Positions 25,020 through 36,962 of a stretch of 64,000 bases of DNA are shown in pieces. The position numbers and the translations under genes were made by a program. Below the pieces are notes generated by a model. It was not told the origin of the DNA, did no database searches, and saw only the letters and a list, made by a program, of their open reading frames with translations. Origin of the DNA: Octopus vulgaris (lineage: Eukaryota); NCBI GenBank assembly GCA_951406725.2, contig OX597821.1, forward strand, positions 57,412,001-57,476,000, given 5' to 3'. Numbering within the stretch: position 1 is the first letter of the stretch; each line of letters starts with the position of its first letter.

Positions 25020-25164
25020 CAATTAAGAACATCACCATTATTGTATTACGCATGCGCGGAAGTGTTTTTTCGACTGGGTGCTGCTGGCTTAATTACGCAC
25101 GGCTCAAGTTAGAGAAGGGGTGCGTATTATACTCAAGGGCGGACTATACTGGAGGATTTACGGT
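25020..25164. mobile_element. pogo/Tigger-like transposon end
   Basis: gtgcgtattatactcaagggcggactatactggaggatttacggTA resembles a pogo-type terminal repeat followed by TA. Confidence 0.45.
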
Positions 25165-25755
25165 ATGTCTATGTACACGTGTATGTATATAAACATGTTC
25201 ATGACTATAATTCAGTATTGATGTAATCGCACATGCCATGTTCGACAGCATGTTTGCTTAAATGCACTTCAATGTTTACATAGTCTTTGGATAAATTTCA
25301 GAACCAGAAAAAAAAAAATGCTTTGGGTATGTAAAAGCCATCTTTCTGATGAAAGAAAGTAGTTCTTTTCTTTGCTAATAAATGGCTTCTAACCAAACGT
25401 TTTACATTATGTATTGGAGAAGATTTGACAAGCAAGAACATAAGATGTATTTCCTCTTTTCCTTTTGTCTGGTCGTTTCATTGCTACAACCTCGTTACCT
25501 TGGAAACATGTTTATATTGAGACATATATGCTAGACAAAACAACCATACCAAAGAGATATTTGTGTTGGAATTGAATAACCAGTATTCTATATAGTTATG
25601 TATTGAGAAGACAAGATTTGGATGACCAGCTAAATCTTTGCCATCTTTTTATTTTCTAAATAAAGAAGAAGTGTTCAGTAGATTCGACATTATGCATAAG
25701 ATGAAACTATTGCTATTTTGAATTCAGTGAAATGAATTTTCGTTATATATGAGGG

Positions 25756-26174
25756 CAGGACCGGATTAAGACCCATAGAGACCCTAAGCACTTAAAATAT
25801 TTTGGTACTCCCATAAAAGATTATGTAATTCAAAATATAAACAATAACAAACCATAAAATAACTTTTTATTTTTCAAAATTAAACAAAACAGTAAGAGGG
25901 AAAATAATGTTTATTTTTGTATACTTTCACTTTATTTATATTTGAAAAGTTTCCTCCTACGTTTTTGAATTGCAAAATCTGTGATCAGATCCTCAAAATT
26001 AATTATAGGTAACACATCTGCAGGTATACTTAGTAGAGATAAAGGCATTACGAATATTATTTTAGCAAGTTTAAAGTGATTTCTTTTGTGCCGTAAACTA
26101 TTTATCATTCCTGTGGTGCCTCCCCTCCTTCCCTTTATGCCCTAAGCACATGCTTAAGGGTCAATCCAGCGCCG
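25756..26174 (-). mobile_element. hAT-derived non-autonomous element
   Basis: Imperfect TIRs caggaccggattaa / tcaatccagcgccg; internal gccctaagcac repeats; minus-strand LSLLSIPADVLPIINFEDLITDFAIQKRRRKL resembles the hAT C-terminal dimerisation domain. Confidence 0.7.
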
Positions 26175-26229
26175 TATAAGAATAAATGCACATTCTACGT
26201 TCGTATATGTATATATATTCATAAGTGTA

Positions 26230-26833
26230 ACGTGGCACTCCATCGGTTACAACGACGAGGGTTCCAGTTGATTCGATCAACGGAACAGTCTGCTTGTGAA
26301 ATTAACGTGTAAATGGCTGAATACTCCACAGACACCTGTACCCTTAAAACGGCAATCCATTTATTTGCCATAAAGGCGAGGCTGGATATTGATTTCAAAT
26401 TTTGGAACAAGGCCAGCAGTTTCGGGCAGGGCTTAAGTCAATTACATCAACCCTAATGCTCAACTGGTGCATATTTTATTGACCCCGAAGTGATGAAAAG
26501 TAAAGTCGACCCTGGCGGAATTTAACTCAAAACGTAAAGAGGGACGAAATGCCGCTAAGCATTTTGTTCGTCGCGTTAATGATTCTCTCACTCGCCGCCT
26601 TATCATGGCTTACAATATTCGTTTCAAATTTTGACAGAAGACCAGCAATTTTGGGGGAGGGGTAAGTCGATTACATCGACCCCAGGACTCAACTGGTACT
26701 TATTTTATGGACATCGATAGGATGAAAGGCAAAGTCGAAATCGGCGGAATTTGAATTCAGAACGTAATGACAGACGTAATGCCGCCCATCGTCTTGCCCG
26801 GCGTGCTAACGATTCTTCAAGCATACCGCCTTA
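26230..26833 (-). mobile_element. SINE C 3' fragment (26230-26345) and two SINE B copies (26385-26600, 26620-26833)
   Basis: Similarity to family copies in the window. Confidence 0.75.
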
Positions 26834-26892
26834 GCAGGGCTAAACACTGACTCTTGGAAATCCTTCGAGGCTCTTGGAAGTATTTACGTTTA

Positions 26893-27720
26893 TTCCTCCC
26901 ACCTTAGCGAAGGCGGGGGTATTGTTTTCAGTCGCGTTTGTTTGTTTGTCCGTGGACAAGATATCTCAAGAACCGCTGGATGGATTCGGATGAAACTTTC
27001 AGGGATGTTTTGGCCTCGTAACTGGCACGAACTGACAATGATTTGGGGTTATTTTTCCTGTTATTTTTTTTACCTAAGTTTTGAGAGCGGTCGGGTTCAT
27101 TTTTAGTATTCTCGTTTGTGAGAGCAGTTGTGTTTATTGCAGATATTCTCATTTTAAAAATCATCTCTGGTTAATCGTGCTCTTGTTTGCATTGTGATGT
27201 CGCTAAAGTGAGTGCGTCCCGGAGCAGCCCTTGGGTTTGTTTCCTCATCCGCCTCCACCGCTGTATAAGTCTGTATGCAGACTTATACAGCAGACCCAAA
27301 AGTGACGGTCACCGAAAAGTGCCACCAGGGTCGGAGATTCTCATACCGCCTCTGCCTCCTAGCTACAGGGAAGACATAAAAGCCGGACAGCGCATGCAAT
27401 ATGCAGGAGCGCGCGTGAGCGTGCGGTTTGGAGTGATCGTGGAGAAGATCAGAGAAGATTGAAGAAAAATTCGATAGCTGTTAGCTGAGACGGAAGGGTA
27501 TCTATTTTATGGTTTAACAGGAAGCTAGAAATCGGTGCATTTCAATTACGTTAATGTGCAAGTGATGTGATGCTGCTTCAACTCAGAAAACATATTAGTT
27601 TGTGTACTTAGCTTAGGTGACCTCAATTCTCGTCTACTGAACTTACCACTTTCTGAATTAAAGATTTTTATAAGTGAAATGAAATTGTTATAAATAAATT
27701 GTTAATACGCTTTTTTTTCA
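26893..27720 (+). mobile_element. Helentron-associated non-autonomous element (HINE/DINE-1-like); right end uncertain
   Basis: 5' hairpin cctcccaccttagcgaaggcggggg, (gttt)n tract, then atatctcaagaaccgctggatggattcggatgaaactttcagg, typical of DINE-1-like elements. Confidence 0.55.
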
Positions 27721-28073
27721 GTTTTTAAAAAAAAAAGTTATTGTGGAAGTAGAACGCATTCTGGAAATACATTTATTGCAATTATCTTTTTTTTTTGTTA
27801 ATGTAGACAATATTGTTACGGAGAAAACAACATTGTATAGTAATAGTATTGTTAAAGAGAAATGTATATTGATTTATTTTATCGAATTTGGTGATTCCCC
27901 CGCCCCCGTTTTAAAACTAAATGACTGATTCACTTCTTTCTTTAACAATTGCATCTCAATGTGCTTTCTTTTTTTTTTCATATCTCTACTTACTATAAGA
28001 AAAAGCTGTTTCAATATTGTTTGCCATGCTTAACAATACTGTAAGTCATACTTAATATTGTTAGCCATGCTTA

Positions 28074-28870
28074 AGCGGTGAGTTGGCAGCCGTTAGCAAG
28101 CCGGGTCAAATGCTTAGCGGTATTTCGTTTGTCTTTACGTTCTGAGTTCAAATTCAGTCGAGGTCGACTTTGCCTTTCATCCGTTCGGGGTTGATAAATT
28201 AAATACCAGTTACGCACTGGAGTCGATATAATCGACTTAATCCGTTTGTCTGTCCTTGTTTGTCCTCTCTGTGTTTAGCCCCTTGTAGGTAGTTACGAAA
28301 TAGGTATTTCATCTGTCTTTACGTTGAGTTCAAATTCCGCCGACGTCGACTTTGCCTTTCATTCTTTGGGGGTCGAGAAATTAAGTACCAGTTGTGTACT
28401 GGGGTCGACCTAATCGACTGGATCCCTCCCCAATAATTTCGGGCCTTGTGCCTAGAGTAGAAAAGAATAATGTTAGCCATGCTTAGGCGGCGAGCTGGCA
28501 GCCGTTAGCACGCCGGGCGAAATGCTTAGCGGTATTTCGTCTGTCTTTACGTTCTGAGTTCAAATTCCGCCGAGGTCGACTTTGCCTTTCATCCTTTCGG
28601 GGTCGATTAAATAAGTACCAGTTACGCACTTGGATCGATATAATCGACTTAATCCATTTGTCTGTCCTTGTTTGTCCCCTCTGTGTTTAGCCCTTTGTGG
28701 GTAGTAAAGAAACAGGTATTTCGTCTGTCTTTATGCTCTGAGTTCAAATTCCGTCGAGATGGACTTTGTCTTTCATCCATTCAGGGTCGATAAAATAAGT
28801 ACCAGTTAAGTACTGGAGTCGATGTAATCGACTCAGCCCCATCCCCGAAATTTCTGGCCTAGTGCCAAAA
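28074..28870 (+). mobile_element. Two tandem dimeric SINE B copies (28074-28467, 28486-28870)
   Basis: Each is a headed unit plus a headless second unit starting ggtatttc(g/a)tctgtcttta; both are preceded by tgttagccatgctta. Confidence 0.9.
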
Positions 28871-29123
28871 TACTGAAACGGATATTGTAAATCATGATAG
28901 GAAACCTTGGCTTGAATATCCTGGGTTACGCCATTGAAAATAAGTTTAAATTCATTATTCTACAAATACATTCAATTACACGAAAGATATATGGTATTGT
29001 TAGTTATCGTCGAACCTGTGTGAAGACACATTTGCTCTTTATATCATATCGCGGTTTATTATTTAAGCTTACGACGATTCCTCCGTGGGGTTGTTTTGCA
29101 TTTATAATAAAATAAATGTATAC

Positions 29124-29167
<44 letters not shown>

Positions 29168-29292
29168 TACACACACAGTAGTGTAGTTTCTACTTCGTGG
29201 ATTTTCACCTAACGCAGGGAGTGGGGTTTGAAACGGAACACCCGCGATAGTCGAGGAATTACTGTATTTTTAAATTTTTCGTATATATAATA

Positions 29293-30112
29293 GGCGCAGA
29301 AATAGCTGTGTGGTAAGTAGCTTGCTTCTCAACCACATGGTTCTGGGTTCAGTGCCACTGCATGGCACCTTGGGCAAAAGTCTTTTACTATAGCCCCGGG
29401 CCGACCGAAGCCTTGTGAGTGGTATTGGTAGACGGAAACTGAAAGAAGCCCCTCGTATATATATATATATATATACACAAAGTTAAATGCGATACAATAA
29501 AATTAATTATAATCGCCGGTGTACCAGTACACGCCATATATTATTCATATATAAATTACATTCAAGGCGAAGTGTGCACTAGATACACAAAAGCTGGATA
29601 AATTTAGTGAGATGAAAATTAAAAACTTTTACAAACTTAGCTTTTCTTATACTGCAGTTTCGCCAAATTCAGTAATAAAAATAATATTTATTTACTCAGG
29701 CTGGCTCTTCAGTAAGATTCCTGTTAATTATGGGAAGACCATATCAATAGACCCATGTGCGTCTATCGAAATGCTCTTTCTAAACTATTCAAAACACTGC
29801 GCAGACTCAGAACATACCCGACAAAATAGGGGATTGTGGTATATCGTCTAACGCTCAGATATATATATATGTATGTATGTGTGTGTGTGTGTGTGTGTGT
29901 GTCTATGTTTGCTCCCACACCCCCAACATCGCTTGACAACCGATACTGGTGTTTACGTCCCCGTAACTTAGCGGTTCGGCAAGCAAGACCGATAGTATAA
30001 GTACTAGGCTTCCAAAGAATAAGTCCTGGGGTCGATTTGTTCGACTAAAGGCGGTGCTCCAGCATGGCCGCAGTCAAATGACTGGAACAAATAAAAGAAT
30101 TAAAATAAAGAA
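29293..30112 (+). mobile_element. SINE family A split by a PLE-like insert (~29478-29858)
   Basis: 5' half 29293-29455 and 3' half 29900-30112; the insert lies in the central TA tract. Confidence 0.85.
29645..29717 (-). ncRNA. Minimal type I hammerhead ribozyme, apparently intact
   Basis: Minus strand: TCTTA-CTGAAGA-GCCAG...TTGGC-GAAA-C-TGCA-G-TA-TAAGA; perfect 5-bp stem I, closed stem II, complete catalytic core, palindromic stem III ACTGCAGT. Confidence 0.8.
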
Positions 30113-30224
30113 TAATCTGTATATAGCATATATTGTATTTATTCGTCTTGATGTATTTAGAAATATTTATGTATACTGACGTGTGTGAATATGTATATTT
30201 AACGCGCGTGGACGCACACGCACT

Positions 30225-31430
30225 CCTATTTCTTTACTAACCACAAGGGGCTAGAGACAGAGAGGACAAACAAGGACTGACAAACGGATTAAGTCGATTA
30301 TATCGACCCCAGTGCGTAACTGGTACTTATTTAATCGACCCCGAACGGATGAAAGGTATAGTACCTCGGCGGAATTTGAACTCAGAATGTAACGGCAGAC
30401 GAAATACCTATTTCTTTACTACCCACAAGGGGCTAGACACAGAGAGGACAAACAAGGACAGACAAATGGATTAAGTCGATTATATCGACCCCAGTGCGTA
30501 ACTGGTACTTATTTAATCGACCCCGAACGGATGAAAGGCAAAGTCGACCTCGGCGGAAATTGAACTCAGCGCACACACACATACCTTGATTGAAACCGGC
30601 AAGAAGCATTATCGTGTAAGCATATACACCCACACATACACGTATGTAAATGCTTACTGCGTTTGGAAGATATATATTAATTTGAAATGACATTACGAAG
30701 CTGTTACAGTTCTTAAGATCAATACAAGAATTGTTAACGAGTTGTACGCTGTTTGAAAATCAATTCCTGATGTCATTGTTTATAAAACAATGTATGGGTG
30801 GCGGGAAAGAGGGCGGAGAGTACTAACCAACTTGCGCATGAATTTAACATTAGCCTTAAAGCAGTAAAAAAAAAAAGTCACCAAATTCGTTAATAATCGA
30901 TAGAAAACTCCTATTTACTATTACTATACAATGGTATTCTTTGCATAAAAGGAGTCGTAACATTTCTCTCCCCACACAACAGATTGCGTTTTTGCTTTCT
31001 TTTTCTATAATGATTAAAACTCAATATATTCTTTTCTACTCTAAGCACAAGGCCCGAAATTTTGAGGGAGGTGGGGCCAGTCGATTAGATCGATCCCAGT
31101 ACACAACTGGTACTTAATTTATCGACTCCGAAAGGATAAAAGGCAAAGTTGACGTCTGTGGAATTTGAACTCAGAACGTAAAGACAGACGAAATACCTAT
31201 TTCTTTACTACCCACAAGGGGCTACACACAGAGGGGACAAACAAGGACAGACAAACGGATTAAGTTGATTACATCGACCCCAGTGCGTAACTGGTACTTA
31301 TTTAATCGACCTCGGAAGGATGAAAGGCAAAGTCGACCTCGGCGGAATTTGAACTCAGAGCGTAATGGCAGACGAAATACGGCTAAGCATTTTGCCCGGC
31401 GTGCTAACGTTTCTGCCAGCTCACCGCCTT
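30225..31430 (-). mobile_element. SINE B multimers (30225-30570 and dimer 31028-31430)
   Basis: Tandem family-B units on the minus strand. Confidence 0.85.
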
Positions 31431-31689
31431 ATTAAAATTCAATATATTAAAAACAATTTTGTCGCTGATATATTTGATCCAGTGGGTACCAAGTTCCGTA
31501 GAGTAAGGAGTAAGCTCAACTAGTGGGTACGAGACGTTTTAACGAAGCCGCTTTGGTATCTCCTACCTGACGTCGCTGATTCGACGCTGACTTATTTGAC
31601 TTCAGCCGTTTTAATGTTTCTCTTGTTTTAAAGTTTCCCTCGTTCTCTCCTTCCACTTCTCTCTCTTTACGTTTATGTGTGAAAACCTA

Positions 31690-32080
31690 AATATGTTCGT
31701 ATGCATGTGTTGTGTGTCTCACTTCGTATGTGTACGTTTCTGCGCGTACGTGAATGTGTGTGTATGCATGTGTGTGTATGTTTGTGTGTATGCGTGGATG
31801 TGTTTGTATGTGTGTTTGTGTAAGTGTTTCTCTGTGTGTATGTAAGTGTACGTGTGTGTGTGCATGTGTGTGTATGTGCATGTGTGTATGTGCCTGTGTG
31901 CATGCGTATTTGCATGTGTGCATGTGTGCATGCATGTATGTGTGCGCATGTATGTGTGTGTGCGTGCATGTATGTGTGCCTGTGTGTATATGTGCATGTG
32001 TGAGTGTGTGCATGTGTGTCCATGTGTGTGCATGTATGTGTGCGTGGATGTGTGTGGATGTGTATGTGCATGTGTGTTTG
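31690..32080. repeat. Degenerate (TG/TGCA)n compound microsatellite
   Basis: Directly visible. Confidence 0.9.
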
Positions 32081-33974
32081 CCTATAGTGCCAAAAAGGAC
32101 TGTCACCAAAACAGGCTGAAAATCCAGTCAGCCGTGCCAAATCGTAAGCGCCGAAACAGCTGCGCCAAACAATCTTATCCCGTGTCTATGTTAAATACGC
32201 GAACTGGTTTCGTTACCGTGTTGTCACCAGTTTACAATACTCATCAGCTAATGTAGCTGAAGACCTTATCAATTGTAGGACTTCTGGTTAATGCATAAAA
32301 TGGACACCTTTTGAACAGATAAACATCTCTTCACATGAAACAAATATTCTCAAATCTCAGAATAATGAGCTGCGCATTCAAATACAAAATTTCGGCAAGT
32401 CCCATGGTGAGTTCCTTTAACCGGACTTCTGTGTGTGTGTGTGTGTGTATTTGTTATACAAATTATACTGCTAAAACAATCGAAATACATAAAACTTTAA
32501 AAATATTTCGTTTTTCACACGACTGTAAAAAAAAGGTATCTTGTATATTTCTAAAAGATGGTTAAAGATTGATTAACAACAAACAATCCGACTGATAAAT
32601 CTAAAAGAATTTTACTTGATTCATCTAGAAATTTTATATTTTAAAAAGAAATATAACTTTTAAAACAAGCTTTTGGATCACAGCTATTGACAATCAATGG
32701 AATATCAATTATTCACGACTTACCAAATGTTTACGAAAATTCTAAAGTACAGTTTTTCTAAATTAGTTTGCAAAATTCCTGATGTGAAATTGTGTGTTAA
32801 ATCAGAGAATGGTGATAGAGAGAAAGAGAGAGAGAATGTTTTTGATGAGGCCGTGAATGGTAATGAAAGGATTCCAACGAATCTAGCCAATTAAGTAATC
32901 AAACAATTGATTATTTAATTGGTTAAACGGTTAACTGGTTGACTGATAATAACAAAAGTAGCGAAACAGAACCATTGCGTGTGTTTATTATTGGCGTAAT
33001 GGCCCTCCCGAGATACAATTAAAGTATGATGCTTTCATTTTTAAAATATACTATAAAATGGTTATTAAATAAATTTAATTACTCTTAGTAGTTACAGGCT
33101 CTCGCTTTAGCTCGTTAGACGTGTGACATCAGCGAACGCGTTTTGCTTTACGTTTGGTAATTAACTCAATTTAATTAACCTTTATTTATAAATTGGTTGA
33201 ATGTAGTATGCCGTGTTTAAGTAGACTTTATCTTTTTGCACCGGATTCGTTGTTAACGTACGTACTCGGCAACACTAGAACCACTGTTATGGATACATGA
33301 TCCTCCATATGTCTCTTTAGTGAACATAAGCGCCTTAGATACGAGTTGTTTATGAGCAGAGACTGTTAGTGCTGCGAGACTGCTGGCTTGGTATGTGTAC
33401 TTATTGTATTGATTGCGTCTTTTCATCCCTCCATCTGGATGAAAGATCTTCGAAACATTTGTTTATAGAAATAGTAAGTCTATTTCGAGGTGCCTAGATT
33501 GCATATCATTCTTGTTGTTTTTGACTTGCATTAAGTCAATTCTAACAGTGCAAAAACCAGAAAAAAAAGTGGTCCGATGCGTCTTGGTAGAAATCATTCC
33601 ATTTCTTCTTTGTATATCTATGAGATTATGTTGTTTCATGCGTCCTTCCTTTAAAAATAAACGATAGGGTGTGACGTGAGAGCAGTGTGAGAGGATGGGG
33701 TTAAGGAGTGAAGGATGGCATAAAATCAGGGGGAAAATCTGTCGATTTGTCTCCAAAAGAGATGCTTACATAGAATTGCTCTTAAGTAATTTGGACCCTA
33801 AAAGGAAACATGCTAATCTAAGGACCGAACAATCACTAAATTGCGTCTTCTCAGCTCTGGGGCTGTGGTAGAAAACAAGAATTTCTCTCTCAGTGAAACT
33901 GTTATGTTAGGATCTCAGGAGGAAAATACTCAGAACCGCCTGCTGCATGAAGGCAACAGTTAACATATTTGATT

Positions 33975-34372
33975 TTCTTTTTCTTGTTTCAGTCATATGA
34001 CTGTGGCCATGCTGGAGCACCGCCTTTAGTCGAGCAAATCGATCCCAGGACTTATTCTTTGGAAGCCTAGTACTTATTCTATCAGTCTCTTTTGCAGAAC
34101 CGCTAAGTTACAGGGACATAAACACACCAACATCAGTTGTCAAGCGATGTTGGGGGGACAAATACAGTCACACAAACACATATACAGTAATCCCCCGCCA
34201 TATTACGGTTCACCTATCGCGGTACACTTATCACGGTTTATTATTTAAGGTTATGTCGATTCCTCCATGGTGTTGTTTTTCATTTATAATACAATAAATA
34301 TAAACAGGTTAAACACACCAGCATCGGTTGTCAAGCGATGTTGGGGGGGGGGGGGCAAGCACAGACACACAA

Positions 34373-34443
<71 letters not shown>

Positions 34444-34603
34444 CGGGCTTCTTTGAGCTTCCGTCTACCAAATCCACTCACAAGGCTTTGGTCGGCCCAA
34501 GAGAATAGTAGAAGACACTTGCCCAAGGTACCACACAGTGGGACTGAACCTGGAACCATGTGGTTGGTAAGCAAACTACTTACCACACAGCCACTCCTGC
34601 GCC
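33975..34603 (-). mobile_element. SINE family A with internal partial duplication and a Tigger-like end at ~34184-34260
   Basis: The aaacacacca(a/g)catc(a/g)gttgtcaagcgatgttggggg block occurs twice, separated by TAcagtaatcccccgccatattacggttcacctatcgcgg. Confidence 0.75.
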
Positions 34604-34772
34604 TACGATGACGACAAAATATTTCAATTAAATAGAATTATTTCTTACAGTGATAAAAACAAATATCATTTCAGCTGCAAATTCTGTTTAGAAAAGCAAC
34701 GAGTGACAACTAAAAAACTCTAAGTTGGGGGGACAAACGCAGACACACAAACATATACACATATATATACAA

Positions 34773-35167
34773 CTAGCAGTATCATATATATATACAACTA
34801 GCATTGCTCGGGTTTATAAGGGAAATAACTATAAAGCATTTTTAGAGAGTTATAGCCAAAAAAACAGCAAAAAAATGGAAAAAAATGATGGTAAATTTTT
34901 TTGAGAGTTAAAAAGGTCGAGTTGCGTCCCCTAGACAGTCTGTGGTTTGTGTTTCTGATTCTCGACCCCATATCGAATTTATCGATTTTTTTCAGAACTG
35001 GGGGAACTTTTCAAAATTTTCGCTGCGTTAGTTTTGAATTATGACATTGGGCTATGTGTGTGTCAAGTTTCATCAGAATTGGTTGAAAGCCGTGGTCAGG
35101 GTGAGGGTACAACCTGACAGACACACAGACACACAGACAGACAAACTGCCGTTTATATATAGAGAGA
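34773..35167 (-). mobile_element. Non-autonomous Helitron variant nested in a SINE A (34725-35335, -)
   Basis: Shares the CTAG end and ttgctcgggttt...ggaaataactata...tttttagagagtta with 24495/58896 but has a different interior; the 3' hairpin is disrupted by a short duplication. Confidence 0.75.
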
Positions 35168-35610
35168 TTATACGATGGGCTTCTTTCAGTGTCCGTCTAC
35201 CAAATCCGCTCACAAGGCTTTGGTCGGCTTAAGTCTAATGTAGAAGACACTTGCCGAAGGTGTCACGCAGTGGGACTGAACCCGGAACCATGTGGTTGGT
35301 AAGCAAGCTACTTGACACACAGCCACACCTACATGTCTATATCTAGAATGAACGGACGGCTGAAATAGAGTTGGTCGCTGTTCATCGAGGAATATAGTAA
35401 AATATGGCATGAACCATTTGGTATAATTAATTCTATATAAAAAGAACAAAAAATATTTCTCGTCTGTCTTTTGCTGTTAACATGGAAATATGAAAAAAGA
35501 AACAAAAATAAACAAACAGAGTGGAATCGAGAAAAACGTACATTCAATATGTATGTATAGTCACAAACACACACATATGTACACAAATACGTATATACAT
35601 ACAGACACAC

Positions 35611-35655
<45 letters not shown>

Positions 35656-35784
35656 AAGCGTGTGTTCTAACACAACAGATTGTATTTTGGTACCAGTACT
35701 ACTTCTGTTGCCATTATATTTCAATGACCTTGCACAACTATATATATATATATATATATATTCATACACACACACACACACATT

Positions 35785-35802
35785 AGATAGATAGATAGAC
35801 AT

Positions 35803-35859
<57 letters not shown>

Positions 35860-35936
35860 CAGATAGATAGATAAGTTTCTTTATTGGCCACACAGGGCTG
35901 CACACAGATGGGACAAATTACAAGGTAGAGTTTTTC

Positions 35937-35999
<63 letters not shown>
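35785..35999. repeat. (GATA)n microsatellite interrupted by a 66-bp retroelement 3'-end-like insert (35873-35938)
   Basis: Minus-strand insert ccttgtaatttgtcccatctgtgtgcagccctgtgtggccAATAAAgaaac. Confidence 0.8.
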
Positions 36000-36757
36000 T
36001 CTCCTGCTGTGACAGTATGTTTCCAGTGCTTTAGTGTTTGTGTATTATGATCTGTAGAACTTTAAACTGCTAAGTCTGCAATATAATGAATTTATGAATA
36101 AATATTTGTATATTTCTTTTTCCCTAACTCTTTCTCGCGCTCTTTCTTATGTATGTGTGTGTCTATTTGTCAGTATGTGCATGCATATATATATATATAT
36201 ATATAATATAATATATAAATATATGCATATATACATACATATATGTACAGGCCTACATATATATATGTATATATGCATACATATATGGGTACTAGACATC
36301 ATAAAAACGTAGAACACAATGAGAAACGAGAACATAAAAACAAAAATATAGAAACGAACATTTTTGGGAAACCATGAAAAAAACAAAACAAACAAACAGA
36401 GAAACGAGACATACAATATAAAGAATATTCCCCTTCTTCAGTTGTCCCTGTTTCATCTATTCCGCGTTTCGGAGGCGTAATTGTATATATATCCGCTATA
36501 TCGGAAATCTGAACAGGCTCCATAAGTACCTCTCGGCTACAACCTTGGAGCCCTAGTGATCCGTTACAGCACCTACCTAGCGTACCTAATCGTTTACCTG
36601 TGAGCTAAGCTCCATACTTTGTGTGAGTGTGTGTGTGTGTGTGTGTGTGGATATATATGTATATATTTACATGTGTATATGTATGGATATTTTGTATATC
36701 AAGCCCAAGCGTATTCATCTGCATCATTCTGTCTGTTTGTCTCTCGCTCTCTATACA

Positions 36758-36800
<43 letters not shown>

Positions 36801-36822
36801 CTATGTATATACATATCTATAC

Positions 36823-36865
<43 letters not shown>

Positions 36866-36962
36866 TATATATAAATATATATACGTACAAATATATACAG
36901 ACACACACATATACGTATATGCATACACACACCACATACACACACACATATATATCTATATA

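Noticed and set aside
31525-32182. Possible DNA transposon with subterminal repeats around the TG tract
   Set aside because: The terminal repeats are too degenerate and I found no TSD.
36425-36480. GAAAC...CTGAAGA arrangement resembling a type II hammerhead (minus strand; similar at ~18555-18590 and ~5100-5150)
   Set aside because: I could not form a convincing stem I or cleavage triplet by eye.
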